Source: an uncultured virus (IMG/VR IMGVR_UViG_3300035182_002585)
Lineage: Duplodnaviria; Heunggongvirae; Uroviricota; Caudoviricetes
Virus record (IMG/VR): IMGVR_UViG_3300035182_002585
Direction: 5' to 3' (one strand)
DNA: 64,000 bases
Part shown: one piece after another, positions 1 through 8,985 of the stretch
How the letters are laid out: every line of letters begins with the position of its first letter
How positions within the stretch are numbered: the first letter of the stretch is position 1
Position numbers and translations under genes: made by a program
Notes under the pieces: generated by a model
Told to the model about the DNA's origin: nothing
The model's input: only the letters and a program-made list of their open reading frames with translations
Database searches by the model: none

Positions 1-87
1 CCCGGCGACGTTGCGGATCAGGACGGCCATCGACGCCTTGAAGCGCTCGGCCACCCGTTCGCTCGCGCTCTTCTTCGTGTCGCTCAT
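1..87 (-). CDS. Hypothetical protein, N-terminus only (runs off window)
   Basis: ATG at 87 with AGGAG RBS and GGTGTA motif at 98-103; MSDTKKSASERVAERF. Confidence 0.6.
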   Translation of the reverse strand, partial: MSDTKKSASERVAERFKASMAVLIRNVAG

Positions 88-276
88 GATCTCCTACTAC
101 ACCGGGTAACGGTGCGGCGGCCCCATCGGCTGAAGAACGTCCGCCGCGGTGCGGCGTTGGCACGCCTCTTTACCCGCACGGCTGCCCCGAAAGTCGGCGT
201 TCGAGGCGCCTTTTAGGGCAAAGCCGGCGCGCTGCTTCGGGTCCATCAGGTCCACGTCTCCTCTCGACACACACGG

Positions 277-759
277 TCAAGGCGCAGAAGCGTGTGCAGC
301 TCGGCGCTCTCGGACCGTCATCTTGGCCAGAGGGCCGAGGGCGGCGAGCACCTCCTCTCGGGAACGGTATTCGAAGTGCTCTAGCCAGAGCCGATGGAGC
401 GGGTGTCGGTTGTACCTACCCTCCATGAACGGCCGGGTACGCACGTCCAGATCCAGCTCCTCGAACGTGAGGGCGTAGAGGTCACCTCGCCAGTCCTTGA
501 AGGGGTCGCACAGTACGGGAAGGTCTCCGAGGTCGAAGTTGTCGCCACGGTCCGTCCCGTAGTAGCCGAGGAGGTAGTCGGGCGGGCCTACCTTCGGGTT
601 CTTCCGCTCCCACTCGGCGTTGGCGTTCTCGGCCCAATAGGCGCCGCCATCGGTCGAGAGGAACTGCCAGAAGGGCCGAAGCAGCGCGATGGCGCGCTCC
701 CACGCCTCCTTGCCAGGCGCGCGGAGCGGGATGTAGACGACACCGCCATCGGCGCCCAT
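277..759 (-). CDS. Hypothetical phage protein
   Basis: MGADGGVVYIP..., starts just after the upstream stop; high GC3. Confidence 0.65.
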   Translation of the reverse strand: MGADGGVVYIPLRAPGKEAWERAIALLRPFWQFLSTDGGAYWAENANAEWERKNPKVGPPDYLLGYYGTDRGDNFDLGDLPVLCDPFKDWRGDLYALTFEELDLDVRTRPFMEGRYNRHPLHRLWLEHFEYRSREEVLAALGPLAKMTVRERRAAHASAP

Positions 760-761
760 GG

Positions 762-1232
762 CTAGACTCCCGCCTCGATCGTGACGACGTTCTTCCACCA
801 TGGGGGCGGCTTCATGGCCTGGAGGCGGGCGGCCATCCTCAGGATGGTCTCCTCGGGGACACCGTGGGTGCAGCGCCGGGCGGCGACGATGGGGTCGCAG
901 ACGATCCAGTGCAGGGCGACTTCGTAGCCGTAGCTCTCGGCGGCGAACAGATAGGGCGTGATCTGCGCCTCGTTCGTGTTGGTGTTGTCGACGATGACGA
1001 GGTTGGTCTCGGCGAGGATGGCGCTCATGAACTGGCGGAAGCACGCGTGGTGCGCGTCGCCGATCTTCGCGGGGTCGTACTTGTAGGACCCGTCCGCGCG
1101 GACGAAGTAGTCGTCGGCCGAGAACATCTCGGCGGTGAAGCCAGCCTCGCAGGCGGCTCCGAGCAGAGAACGCCCGTGGGTACTCTTCCCGGACCCGGGG
1201 ATCCCCTGGAGGATGATGACGAGCCTATCCAT
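762..1232 (-). CDS. P-loop kinase, AAA_33 / polynucleotide kinase (N4BP2-like)
   Basis: Walker A GIPGSGKST, SADDYF, VIVDNTN, RCTHGVP. Confidence 0.85.
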   Translation of the reverse strand: MDRLVIILQGIPGSGKSTHGRSLLGAACEAGFTAEMFSADDYFVRADGSYKYDPAKIGDAHHACFRQFMSAILAETNLVIVDNTNTNEAQITPYLFAAESYGYEVALHWIVCDPIVAARRCTHGVPEETILRMAARLQAMKPPPWWKNVVTIEAGV

Positions 1233-1243
1233 GTGCCCCTCTC

Positions 1244-1271
1244 TACACTGCGGGGCGGCGGGTGATCCATC
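1244..1271 (-). promoter_or_regulatory. Class A bipartite promoter (GATGGATC-N14-AGTGTA), first of 14 copies
   Basis: Same motif pair and spacing recurs upstream of 14 genes. Confidence 0.8.
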
Positions 1272-1277
1272 CGGCTC

Positions 1278-1331
1278 ACAAAATCAGCGAGGGCAGGGGG
1301 TGGGATCACCCCCTGCCCTCGCTGATTTTGT
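1278..1331. repeat. Perfect 25-bp inverted repeat with 4-nt loop (terminator or cruciform)
   Basis: ACAAAATCAGCGAGGGCAGGGGGTG-GGAT-CACCCCCTGCCCTCGCTGATTTTGT, just downstream of gene 1339-2616. Confidence 0.9.
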
Positions 1332-1338
1332 TTGCTCG

Positions 1339-2616
1339 TCAGGAGATGGTCGGACGCCGGCTGTCCCCGTTGATCCTCCTGATCATATTCCCGTACTCGC
1401 ACAGGCCGAGGCTGACGATCTGACCGTCTCGCAGGGCTCGGTACCCCTCGAAGTCCTTACCCTGCTGTCCGCTCCCCGGTTGATCTCGGATGAGACCGCA
1501 GAAAGCCACCCCCTCCTCAGGCCGGACGAATTTGATCCAGAAATCCCCGACCCCAACCGGAGAAAACGACCGGGTGTCGATGTAGCGGGTGTCCTTCTCA
1601 GGCCGTGTGTCGTTGATCAGGGCCATCCAGTTGAGCCCCGGGACATGGCAGCTCGGAAGGAGAACAGCGGGCCCATTGTCCGTCTGCACTAGCTCAGGGA
1701 CCATGCGGGTTCGAAGGTAGTTCGGGTCGTAACTAGTGAGCCGACCCATCCACTCCCTTGCGAGGGCTGTAAGGGACTTTCCCGTGGGCAGGGGCTCCGC
1801 AGGAGGGAGCCCCTCCTCTACGTCGATCTCTTCCCGTGTAGTTGCGTGTCGAAGATGCTCTTCCGCGAGCTTACGTCCTTCCGGCAGAAGGGTGTACTTG
1901 GCACGTCCAAGGGCTTTGAAGTATGTGCCACGCTCATGAAGAGCGTGAGAAGCGGCACCTTTGGGGATCTTGTTTGTGAAGCACCCCTTGGCTTCGATGG
2001 CCTTTAGAACGTCCTGCGGGCGCATTGAAGAGAGTTTGCTCTGCGCCAATGCGATGGCGACTTCGATGTCGAACATGCGGACATCGCACTTCTCGCACTT
2101 CTCGTTGTAGTCCTCTCGTATACACGCATCTGCTGCCGCCTTGGTGCGACAGTGGCCTTCCGTGATGGTGCGGTTACGGAGGTACTCGTCAGCCGTCTTG
2201 CCGTTGCTGAAGTGGTAACGGACGCGACTGAAGGTGCGATCTTCGACCTTCACGATGGTGAGCGACTCGTACTTCGCAGCACGAATGTGCTTTGGGTAGT
2301 GTACACAGCCAGCTTCGATACCCCCAGGAAAGACCAGAGCAGGCGGCACCAGTGCAGGCGGCACCAGTGCGGGGGCTTTGAGAAGGGCGTCCAGTTCGGC
2401 GTGCTTCTCTTTGATGTCTTCTCCGGCCTTGACCCTCTGGTACTCGGCTTGGAGAGTGTCGCCCTCCCGCGTCTTCTCCGCGATGAGCCGTCGCAGCTCC
2501 TCCACCGCACCTACCTGGTCTGAGATGCGATCGGTGAGAGCCAACAGGCGTTCGTGCTGTGAGGCTTCCAGTGCCCTCACTTCGTCAAACAGACGAGCGA
2601 TACGATCCTTGTCCAT
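1339..2616 (-). CDS. Coiled-coil protein with a central winged-HTH (HARE-HTH-like)
   Basis: 425 aa; N-terminal heptads; MRPQDVLKAIEAKG...FKALGRAKYTL; lower GC than neighbours. Confidence 0.6.
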   Translation of the reverse strand: MDKDRIARLFDEVRALEASQHERLLALTDRISDQVGAVEELRRLIAEKTREGDTLQAEYQRVKAGEDIKEKHAELDALLKAPALVPPALVPPALVFPGGIEAGCVHYPKHIRAAKYESLTIVKVEDRTFSRVRYHFSNGKTADEYLRNRTITEGHCRTKAAADACIREDYNEKCEKCDVRMFDIEVAIALAQSKLSSMRPQDVLKAIEAKGCFTNKIPKGAASHALHERGTYFKALGRAKYTLLPEGRKLAEEHLRHATTREEIDVEEGLPPAEPLPTGKSLTALAREWMGRLTSYDPNYLRTRMVPELVQTDNGPAVLLPSCHVPGLNWMALINDTRPEKDTRYIDTRSFSPVGVGDFWIKFVRPEEGVAFCGLIRDQPGSGQQGKDFEGYRALRDGQIVSLGLCEYGNMIRRINGDSRRPTIS

Positions 2617-2731
2617 GTCTTCTCCGTTTGGGGAGGCATGTCACCCCCAACAGCGAGGGTTGAGGAGGACGTTACACCATCTAGGGTTCAGCGCCCGTAC
2701 AGAAAGTCTCTGGTGAACGATGATCCCAGCA

Positions 2732-2780
2732 CACACGACGCACACGACGCACACGACGCACACGACGCACACGACGCACA
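2732..2780. repeat. Tandem repeat (CACACGACG) x5 plus partial copy
   Basis: Directly visible 9-bp unit. Confidence 0.95.
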
Positions 2781-2824
2781 GCCCAAAGGTCCACCGCGAC
2801 GCCCTGACGCTACACCGTGCCCCG

Positions 2825-3043
2825 TCACTCTTTCGGCAGGGTCCACGAGGGCAAGGACGCCCCGAGCTTGCGGATCCTGGCCTCCAGGGCGGCCGCGAAG
2901 TCCATCATCCGGACCATGTTCGCGTTCTCGCGGCGTTCCTCGCTGGTCGTGTGGTCGAGGATACGGCGCTGCGAGAGTAGAACCTGCGTCATCGGGGTGA
3001 CGTTGGTGAGGAGGCCCGCGATGACGCTCGGTTGGTGGGGCAT
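2825..3043 (-). CDS. Hypothetical protein
   Basis: GGTGTA 9 nt upstream of ATG. Confidence 0.6.
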   Translation of the reverse strand: MPHQPSVIAGLLTNVTPMTQVLLSQRRILDHTTSEERRENANMVRMMDFAAALEARIRKLGASLPSWTLPKE

Positions 3044-3072
3044 GATCGCTCATACACCGGGAACCTGTGGTC

Positions 3073-3489
3073 CTAGACCACGCTCGCGTACAGAAGCTCG
3101 TCGTGCTGATCCTTGGTCAGAAAGCGGCCCGGGGCGAGGTCCGAGAGGGGGCGCAGGTCGCTCTGAGGGATGGCATCGCACGGAACGCGCCAGAGGGGCT
3201 TGTGGTGCTCGGGCCGGATGTCGGTGATGAACGCGTACCCACCGAGGATAACGGTCAGGTCGAAGTGCGGGATCTCGTTCGTCGCCAGCGCCGCATCGAT
3301 GCAAGGGTTGCCCGTCTTGATCGGGCGTTCGCTCCAGATCCCGGTCTCGACGGGCGTAACGGCGAGCACGAAAGGGGTCCCCACGGGCTTGGCTCGATCC
3401 CGGTCTCCGGTCAGGTGGATGGGGAGGCACCCGTTTGGGTTCGCACAGGGGCTCGTGATGTCCCAAGACGACTGGGACGCGGCCACCAT
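3073..3489 (-). CDS. Hypothetical protein
   Basis: ORF with protein-like composition. Confidence 0.6.
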   Translation of the reverse strand: MVAASQSSWDITSPCANPNGCLPIHLTGDRDRAKPVGTPFVLAVTPVETGIWSERPIKTGNPCIDAALATNEIPHFDLTVILGGYAFITDIRPEHHKPLWRVPCDAIPQSDLRPLSDLAPGRFLTKDQHDELLYASVV

Positions 3490-3499
3490 CGGTCGTATG

Positions 3500-3823
3500 C
3501 TAGCTGGCGAGGTAGCACTTAATGCGGTCTGCTTCGGTGAGGGTGACGGAGATGCGACCGTCGGCCCGATAGGTCACTTCGCGCTGCGGGAAGTCCGGCA
3601 TGATCTTACTGGACCCGTGAGTGTTCCACCACTCGGTCAGGTTGAGCCGCTCCTCTTCGGTCAGCTTCGCGTCCGAAGCCTTCAGATCCGCGGTCCGCAC
3701 GTAGACGCCGCTCCTCTTCGTGTGGAGCCTCACCATGAGGGGGTCGTCTGCTCTCCAGTACGGGCCCCGGATCAGAAACACACGCGACAGGGCGTCGTCA
3801 CTGCCCCGGCAGAGGATGCCCAC
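3500..3823 (-). CDS. Hypothetical protein, possibly N-terminally truncated
   Basis: Weak GTG start abutting the end of 3831-3980. Confidence 0.45.
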   Translation of the reverse strand: MGILCRGSDDALSRVFLIRGPYWRADDPLMVRLHTKRSGVYVRTADLKASDAKLTEEERLNLTEWWNTHGSSKIMPDFPQREVTYRADGRISVTLTEADRIKCYLAS

Positions 3824-3830
3824 GGACCCC

Positions 3831-3980
3831 TCATGGTTGGAGTTCTAGGAGGGCGTCCCCGACCTTAGGGACGGTGGCTGCGAGCGTCGGCGGGTACTCC
3901 ACCGTGAACGGGCCGATCTGCTGCCGTACGGGCTCCTGAGCGGCTAGGAAGCGGCGGAGAACGCGGTCTGCGAGGGACAT
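3831..3980 (-). CDS. 49-aa protein with N-terminal LADRVLRRF signal, possibly truncated
   Basis: Manually translated MSLADRVLRRFLAAQEPVRQQIGPFTVEYPP...; CTTGTC motif at 3998-4003. Confidence 0.55.
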   Translation of the reverse strand: MSLADRVLRRFLAAQEPVRQQIGPFTVEYPPTLAATVPKVGDALLELQP

Positions 3981-4016
3981 CCTAACGGGGGTGCTCTGAC
4001 AAGAGGAAGGTGTACA

Positions 4017-4103
4017 GTCGGGGCGGGGTCCAGACCATAGCCTCCGTGTGTCAACACACGGAGGCTACGGGTACGCCCTGCGCTGCTACGTGGACTGCCC
4101 GAC
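4017..4103 (+). ncRNA. Candidate structured small RNA
   Basis: GGTGTA at 4009-4014 with no start codon at the usual spacing; closing stem GTCGGG..GGTCCA/TGGACT..CCCGAC; perfect 13-bp hairpin at 4038-4067. Confidence 0.45.
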
Positions 4104-4133
4104 GTCTCGACCGCTACCGGCGCCGCTAATGAG

Positions 4134-4169
4134 TTGCGCTCGAACCCTGTGGTCAGGGTTCGAGCGCAA
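4134..4169. terminator. Perfect 16-bp hairpin, probable terminator
   Basis: TTGCGCTCGAACCCTG-TGGT-CAGGGTTCGAGCGCAA downstream of the DGQHR gene. Confidence 0.7.
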
Positions 4170-4190
4170 TGGTTTACCGCGTCGTCCGAT

Positions 4191-5351
4191 TTACTCGGCT
4201 GCGCAGGCTGGAACCGTGGCAGCGAGCATCGCTGCCACTCCGGTCTTCTCCCGGAGGTACGTGTGGACTGCGGCGCGATTGCTGCGCCCGCCCCCCTTCG
4301 CGAGCGCCGAGACTTCCGAGGTGTTGCTCCAGTCCAGCGAGGCGAGACGATCGAGGACGTCGTGGATCACCGTCTGGTCCGCGTGCAGGACGAAGAAGAG
4401 GTCGTGGATCAGCAGGCCGAGCGCCTGCCACGCGCTTGCACGCAGGTGGAACGAATCGGGGTTCTTGAACCGCACGCTCCCCATCCGCTTCGCGAAGCCG
4501 TCGAGGACCGCCTCGATGTTGACCGCGACCGCCTCGAACGTCTCGCGCGTCAAGTTCGCGTGGTCGGGGTCCGGGTAGTAGTTGTCCCGCTCCTGGTACT
4601 TCGTGCCTTCACACGCGCCGACGATGAAGCGACGCAGGATCTTGAACGTCACGAGCGCGTTGGAGCCCTTCGGGACCTGCGCCTTCTTGTCGAGGATCCC
4701 CCCATGATCGCGGATCGGGGCAGACTCGGCGATCCGCCGCGTGAGGGTGTTCCAGAGGCTTGCCGTGTCGAGTGCAGCGGAGTGCAGCTCGGGGATCGGA
4801 GTCGCGAGATCGAAGTCGCGGAACATCTGCCCGAAATCCTTGACGGTCAGGGCCCCCTCACTCGGTGCGTAGAACGTGACCGGCAGCGTGTAGTTCCGAT
4901 CCGTGATACTCCCAGCCTCGAAGAGGTCGAGGGAGACCGTACCGCGACACAGACCGTCGAGGAGCAGGCGCTCCTCGGCCGACCCGTAGTTCAGGTCCAC
5001 CGTGATGCCGTCGGGGTGCAGCTCGAATTCGGGCCGCGTCGTCATGACGATCGAGATCGCCGGGAGGGCGCCGATCGCGTCCGGGTTCATCCCGCTGCGG
5101 TTCATGACGTAGCGTTCGAGCGGCGACTTCCTCTTCGCGTCCGCCTTGCGCTGGATGATCGTGTACATGTCCTTGATGGAGGGCGGCGTCGAGTTCTTCT
5201 TGCGGTTGAGGTTGCGCGGGTCGTGCCCGAGAACGTGCACGAGTTCGGACACGAGGATGCGCGACTGGAACACGAGCAGGCGCGGCCCGAAGTGACCGAG
5301 GATTGCCGGGACCGTCGTGCTGATGCTGGAACGGACGTACGCAGGGAGCAT
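4191..5351 (-). CDS. DGQHR / DndB-like (ParB-Srx superfamily) protein with DGLCR variant motif
   Basis: LPAISIV...RLLLDGLCRG...LPVTFY...QMFRDFD; GGTGTA near 5447 with an ~90-nt leader. Confidence 0.7.
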   Translation of the reverse strand: MLPAYVRSSISTTVPAILGHFGPRLLVFQSRILVSELVHVLGHDPRNLNRKKNSTPPSIKDMYTIIQRKADAKRKSPLERYVMNRSGMNPDAIGALPAISIVMTTRPEFELHPDGITVDLNYGSAEERLLLDGLCRGTVSLDLFEAGSITDRNYTLPVTFYAPSEGALTVKDFGQMFRDFDLATPIPELHSAALDTASLWNTLTRRIAESAPIRDHGGILDKKAQVPKGSNALVTFKILRRFIVGACEGTKYQERDNYYPDPDHANLTRETFEAVAVNIEAVLDGFAKRMGSVRFKNPDSFHLRASAWQALGLLIHDLFFVLHADQTVIHDVLDRLASLDWSNTSEVSALAKGGGRSNRAAVHTYLREKTGVAAMLAATVPACAAE

Positions 5352-5592
5352 GGTCGTACCCTCGACTTGGGCGAGATCCCTCGCCAGTTTAACCTCCGGC
5401 GGATAGCTAGGTGCAACCCAGCGTCGTTCGCCGTCCGTGCGCCAGATACACCGGCACGAGGCAACCCTGAGCAAAATGTTCCCGGCGTCGCGGCGGTGCG
5501 ATGAAGTCCCCATTCTGCGGTTGCTCGGCGCGCCGCGTCCCTGAAGAAACCGCGTCCCACTTCGGGAAGTCTCTTGTGCGCCCTGTGAGGGC

Positions 5593-6204
5593 ATGGGTTG
5601 GCTTGACACCTTCCTCGCGCTCATCCTCGGGACGCTGCTCTACGTCGGCGGCTATCAGATCTACTTCTACGCGCAGGATCGGACGCAGAGCCGGTCCAGG
5701 CCCTTCCCGGCGTGGGCCCGGACGCTTGACGAGTGCTTGCCCTTCGTGCCGCAGACGGTGTGGGCATACACGCTGCTGTATTATCCGGCCGTCGTCATCG
5801 TGGCCGTCACGTCGAGTCACGACTGGCAGGCGTTTGCATACACGGCGACGAGCTACCTCGCGCTCTTGGGTGTGCTGACGATCTGGTTCTTCATCCTGCC
5901 CGTGACGACTCCGCCAGGCTGGAGATCGTTCAACCCAAACGCCTCCGTGCACCACAAGCACCTCGCGTGGGTGCAGAAGATGGACGGCTCGAACGGCTGC
6001 TTTCCGTCCGGGCACGCGGCCATCTCGACGCTGACTGGAGGGCTGCTCGCGGCGCAGATGGGGCTGGGAGTCGGCGTGACCTTCGCCGTGCTCGTGTGCC
6101 TCTCGTGCGTGCTCTGCAAGCAGCACTACATTCTCGACATCGTGGGCGGCGTCTTGCTCGGCCTCGGGTGTTTGTGGTTGCGAGGCCGGCTGCTAGGGCA
6201 CTAG
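5593..6204 (+). CDS. PAP2-family membrane phosphatase/transferase
   Basis: FPSGHA and KQHYILDIVGG motifs; multiple TM segments. Confidence 0.85.
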   Translation: MGWLDTFLALILGTLLYVGGYQIYFYAQDRTQSRSRPFPAWARTLDECLPFVPQTVWAYTLLYYPAVVIVAVTSSHDWQAFAYTATSYLALLGVLTIWFFILPVTTPPGWRSFNPNASVHHKHLAWVQKMDGSNGCFPSGHAAISTLTGGLLAAQMGLGVGVTFAVLVCLSCVLCKQHYILDIVGGVLLGLGCLWLRGRLLGH

Positions 6205-6205
6205 A

Positions 6206-6638
6206 TCATCCGATCTTGCTCCGCACGTGGTCGATGAACTCCTGCGGGGGCTTGACTGCGTGCTTCTCCACGTAGTGCGAGAAGCCCTCGGGCCAGACGT
6301 ACGTACCGTCGGTCCGGTCGGTGGTCCCCATGTCCATGCACCCCGTGCACCCGAGCCTGCACCACGAGAAGCCCCGCCACGACTCATACGTCTTCCCACC
6401 CTTGAGATAGGCGAGAACGAGGGCGCGTTCGGCCGGGTCCCACGTCTCGTCGATGAAGTCCGAGGGCACAGGGAGGGACTCGAAACGCTCGGCGTAGCGG
6501 TCGAACTCGATCCCCGTCTTGTTCGGGAGCTTCGTCTTGGGGTCGATGGCGACCGAGTGCCAGTAGCCGAGGAACTTGAGGGTGGTCTGCTTGCCGGGCC
6601 GATCGGGGAGACGGTCGAGGATCATCGAAGAAGGCATG
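6206..6638 (-). CDS. Conserved hypothetical protein (WPEG..HYV..H type)
   Basis: GFSWCRLGC...TDGTYVWPEGFSHYVEKH; GGTGTA 9 nt upstream. Confidence 0.75.
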
Positions 6639-6661
6639 GTGGGGGCGTACACCGTCGCCCC

Positions 6662-7000
6662 TCAGCCCCACCGTCGATGCGCCTTGCGATCGCGATCGAT
6701 CTTGCCCGCGATCGTGTCGTTCATGATGGTCGCCGCGAGGGTCCAGAGGTCGTCAGTCGAACGAGCTTCCCTGTTGAAGCGACCGTTCTGCGTGATGCGC
6801 CCGAGGTCGTCGAGGTCGTGTTTCCGGTGCTCCTCGTCCATCCAGTTACCGAGCATCACGAGGTCACGGGTCCGCTGGTCACAGGCCCAATTCTCAGGGC
6901 GGTTGGCCGAGTACGAGGCGAAGAGTCGGATCGCCTCCGCTTGAACTGCGTTCTTGATCGTCTCGGCCGTGTAAGCGGGCCGGTCGCTGTGGTTGTTCAT
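6662..7000 (-). CDS. Hypothetical protein
   Basis: GGTGTA at 7015-7020. Confidence 0.6.
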   Translation of the reverse strand: MNNHSDRPAYTAETIKNAVQAEAIRLFASYSANRPENWACDQRTRDLVMLGNWMDEEHRKHDLDDLGRITQNGRFNREARSTDDLWTLAATIMNDTIAGKIDRDRKAHRRWG

Positions 7001-7013
7001 GGTTGCGGAGGAT

Positions 7014-7298
7014 CTACACCGCCGGAGGGACGTTCTCCAGAATGACTCGAACGGCGTCATCGAGACTCGGTACCTCGCGCTCTGTGACCTGCTGCGGGCC
7101 GGACATCCAACACACAGTGAACCCCACATCCTCGATAGAGACGTGGAACGTGATGCCCGTGTAGACCCCAATCCCGTTCAGTCTTTCGGGCGGCACGTAC
7201 GCCTGCGCCCCGATGATCTGGAGGGTGTCGTTACGGGCGTTGGCAGCGAGTCCTGCTGCACGGATCTGTTGGACGGCTTCGTCGACGGTCATAGACAC
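7014..7298 (-). CDS. Hypothetical protein
   Basis: ORF ends GTG TAG inside the next motif. Confidence 0.6.
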   Translation of the reverse strand: MSMTVDEAVQQIRAAGLAANARNDTLQIIGAQAYVPPERLNGIGVYTGITFHVSIEDVGFTVCWMSGPQQVTEREVPSLDDAVRVILENVPPAV

Positions 7299-7492
7299 CG
7301 CCCGATCGCGTAGATGATCGCCGTGATGACGAGGGTGACGATCGCGGCGGGGACGAGCATCGTGTCCGCGCGGCTCGGCGGCTCAGGATCGGTTTCGCAC
7401 CGCTTGCAGGGGTGCGTTTGATCGTGCCTGTAGCACCACGGGATGCACACACACGTGTCGGGTGGGTTGCCACAGTGAAGGCACTCGAACAT
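7289..7492 (-). CDS. Small Cys-rich membrane-anchored protein
   Basis: CxxC motifs and a C-terminal TM helix. Confidence 0.5.
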   Translation of the reverse strand: MFECLHCGNPPDTCVCIPWCYRHDQTHPCKRCETDPEPPSRADTMLVPAAIVTLVITAIIYAIGRCL

Positions 7493-7496
7493 GGCA

Positions 7497-7925
7497 CTAG
7501 GGTGAGCTACCGGTCTCACTCGGTCTCTCCCCGGGGTAGTCAAGGAAGATCCCGAGCGCGTGCCTGGCGCCATCGTGCTGTTGGTTGGCATGGCTCTGTT
7601 TCTGGATTTGGAAGTCGACGGGTAGGTCCGTCTGCTGCCGCAACCAGAGGGAGATCGAGGTACACATCAACGACCAGAGGGGGTTGAGCCACCCGTTGTG
7701 ATCCTTGAACAGGTGGTCGTACGCGTCGTCGCTCATGATGTAGCGAACGTCCACGTCGCGGTAGTCACGCCGCACGAGCGCGGACCCTACGAGGTAGCAG
7801 CCGATGCCACCAAACGCGTCGTTGATCAATTTGCACGCGTGATTGAGGGTGAAGAAGTGGGGTGCCGGAACGTAGTTGCTCCGCTGCCACTTACGGGGCT
7901 CCTCGGGCGTCTTCTCGTCGGTCAT
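7497..7925 (-). CDS. Minimal nucleotidyltransferase-fold protein
   Basis: YLVGSA...RDVDVR (GS..DxD); GGTGTA 10 nt upstream. Confidence 0.7.
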   Translation of the reverse strand: MTDEKTPEEPRKWQRSNYVPAPHFFTLNHACKLINDAFGGIGCYLVGSALVRRDYRDVDVRYIMSDDAYDHLFKDHNGWLNPLWSLMCTSISLWLRQQTDLPVDFQIQKQSHANQQHDGARHALGIFLDYPGERPSETGSSP

Positions 7926-7942
7926 GTGGGGCCCGTACACCA

Positions 7943-8317
7943 CTACTCATGCTTCGTCGGGCGGGCCGTGCAGTAGTCGCAACCAGACTCCCCGCACACG
8001 GCTTCGAGCCACACCCCGCTCGTCGGGCAGTGGTAGGCGTCGAATTTCGGGTCACGCAACCCTGTTGCCCCACACTTGCAGGTGGGCACCCGCATCGGTT
8101 GGTCACTGCTACGCCCGTGCTCGCTCATCGTCCTACATCCCGGCCCCCGCGCTGTGGGCGAAGTACTCAAGTCGTGCTCGACGTGCATCTGGACACGGTG
8201 TTCGTCCCCACGTGCGAGGAGGGCGGTCCGGGCCTCGTATGCACGGATGGCGCGAAGAGTGAGCAAGACGAGGACGACGGCGAAGAAGAGAACCCACAAG
8301 AAGACGAAAGCGAACAT
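7943..8317 (-). CDS. Hypothetical protein, N-terminal TM and C-terminal Cys cluster (may be two fused genes)
   Basis: GGTGTA 11 nt upstream; DAYHC...WLE..C....C.YC. Confidence 0.5.
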   Translation of the reverse strand: MFAFVFLWVLFFAVVLVLLTLRAIRAYEARTALLARGDEHRVQMHVEHDLSTSPTARGPGCRTMSEHGRSSDQPMRVPTCKCGATGLRDPKFDAYHCPTSGVWLEAVCGESGCDYCTARPTKHE

Positions 8318-8369
8318 CGAACCTCTGCTACACCGGTTCTGGGGGTTTCTCTTGTCGGGGCACTAGGGC

Positions 8370-8651
8370 GTGAGCGAAAGCTATTCGCGATTTCGTCCGC
8401 CCCCGCACTCAGCGTCGGGGTCTTTCCCTCGGCCTCGCCCGGAAGACGAGGCTGTCACTGTGGTGCGCCCGGAGGAGTCCGAGGTCATGGCCCTGTTGGA
8501 ACAGGTGATCTCCACGGCAGAGGATGCCGAGCGCTACGTCCAGGATGACAGTCGAATCACTGGCCGCAGCGACCGACGAGAGATCATCGATCGGCTTCAC
8601 CATATCCGTGCGCTGACGTTGGAGATCGAGCATCTCATCGAAAGAGGGTGA
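8370..8651 (+). CDS. Hypothetical protein (class C motif)
   Basis: CTTGTC 13 nt before GTG. Confidence 0.55.
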   Translation: MSESYSRFRPPPHSASGSFPRPRPEDEAVTVVRPEESEVMALLEQVISTAEDAERYVQDDSRITGRSDRREIIDRLHHIRALTLEIEHLIERG

Positions 8652-8985
8652 GGACGATGCTCACGACAGCGAGCAGCCCCATCAGCCACGTCAACACGAT
8701 CGGCAGCGGCTTGAGTCGGAAGCGCGGGCGAGAAGGCACCGCGAGGTGGCGTCGGAACGGCATCGGGAACGGCGTGCGCCAGCGATAGCCACACCCCTCG
8801 TGCAGGCGACGATCACAGGCGTACTGACTCTCGGTCCGAGGTACCGTGAAGTCGAGGAGACGCACCGAGAAGTACGCCTTGCATTGAGGGCACACAGGGG
8901 CCACTTCCCACGGGTGGGACGGGAGCGGCCGGTCGGGCTCGATGGCGGCAGGGTCGCGGTAGGTCGTCATATGGCTTTCAGCCAC
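8635..8985 (-). CDS. Zn-ribbon membrane protein
   Basis: CPQC...C......C.Y.W and a C-terminal TM. Confidence 0.55.
   Translation of the reverse strand: MAESHMTTYRDPAAIEPDRPLPSHPWEVAPVCPQCKAYFSVRLLDFTVPRTESQYACDRRLHEGCGYRWRTPFPMPFRRHLAVPSRPRFRLKPLPIVLTWLMGLLAVVSIVLTLFR

Noticed and set aside
2732..2780. CRISPR-like array
   Set aside because: 9-bp tandem units with no spacers and no cas genes
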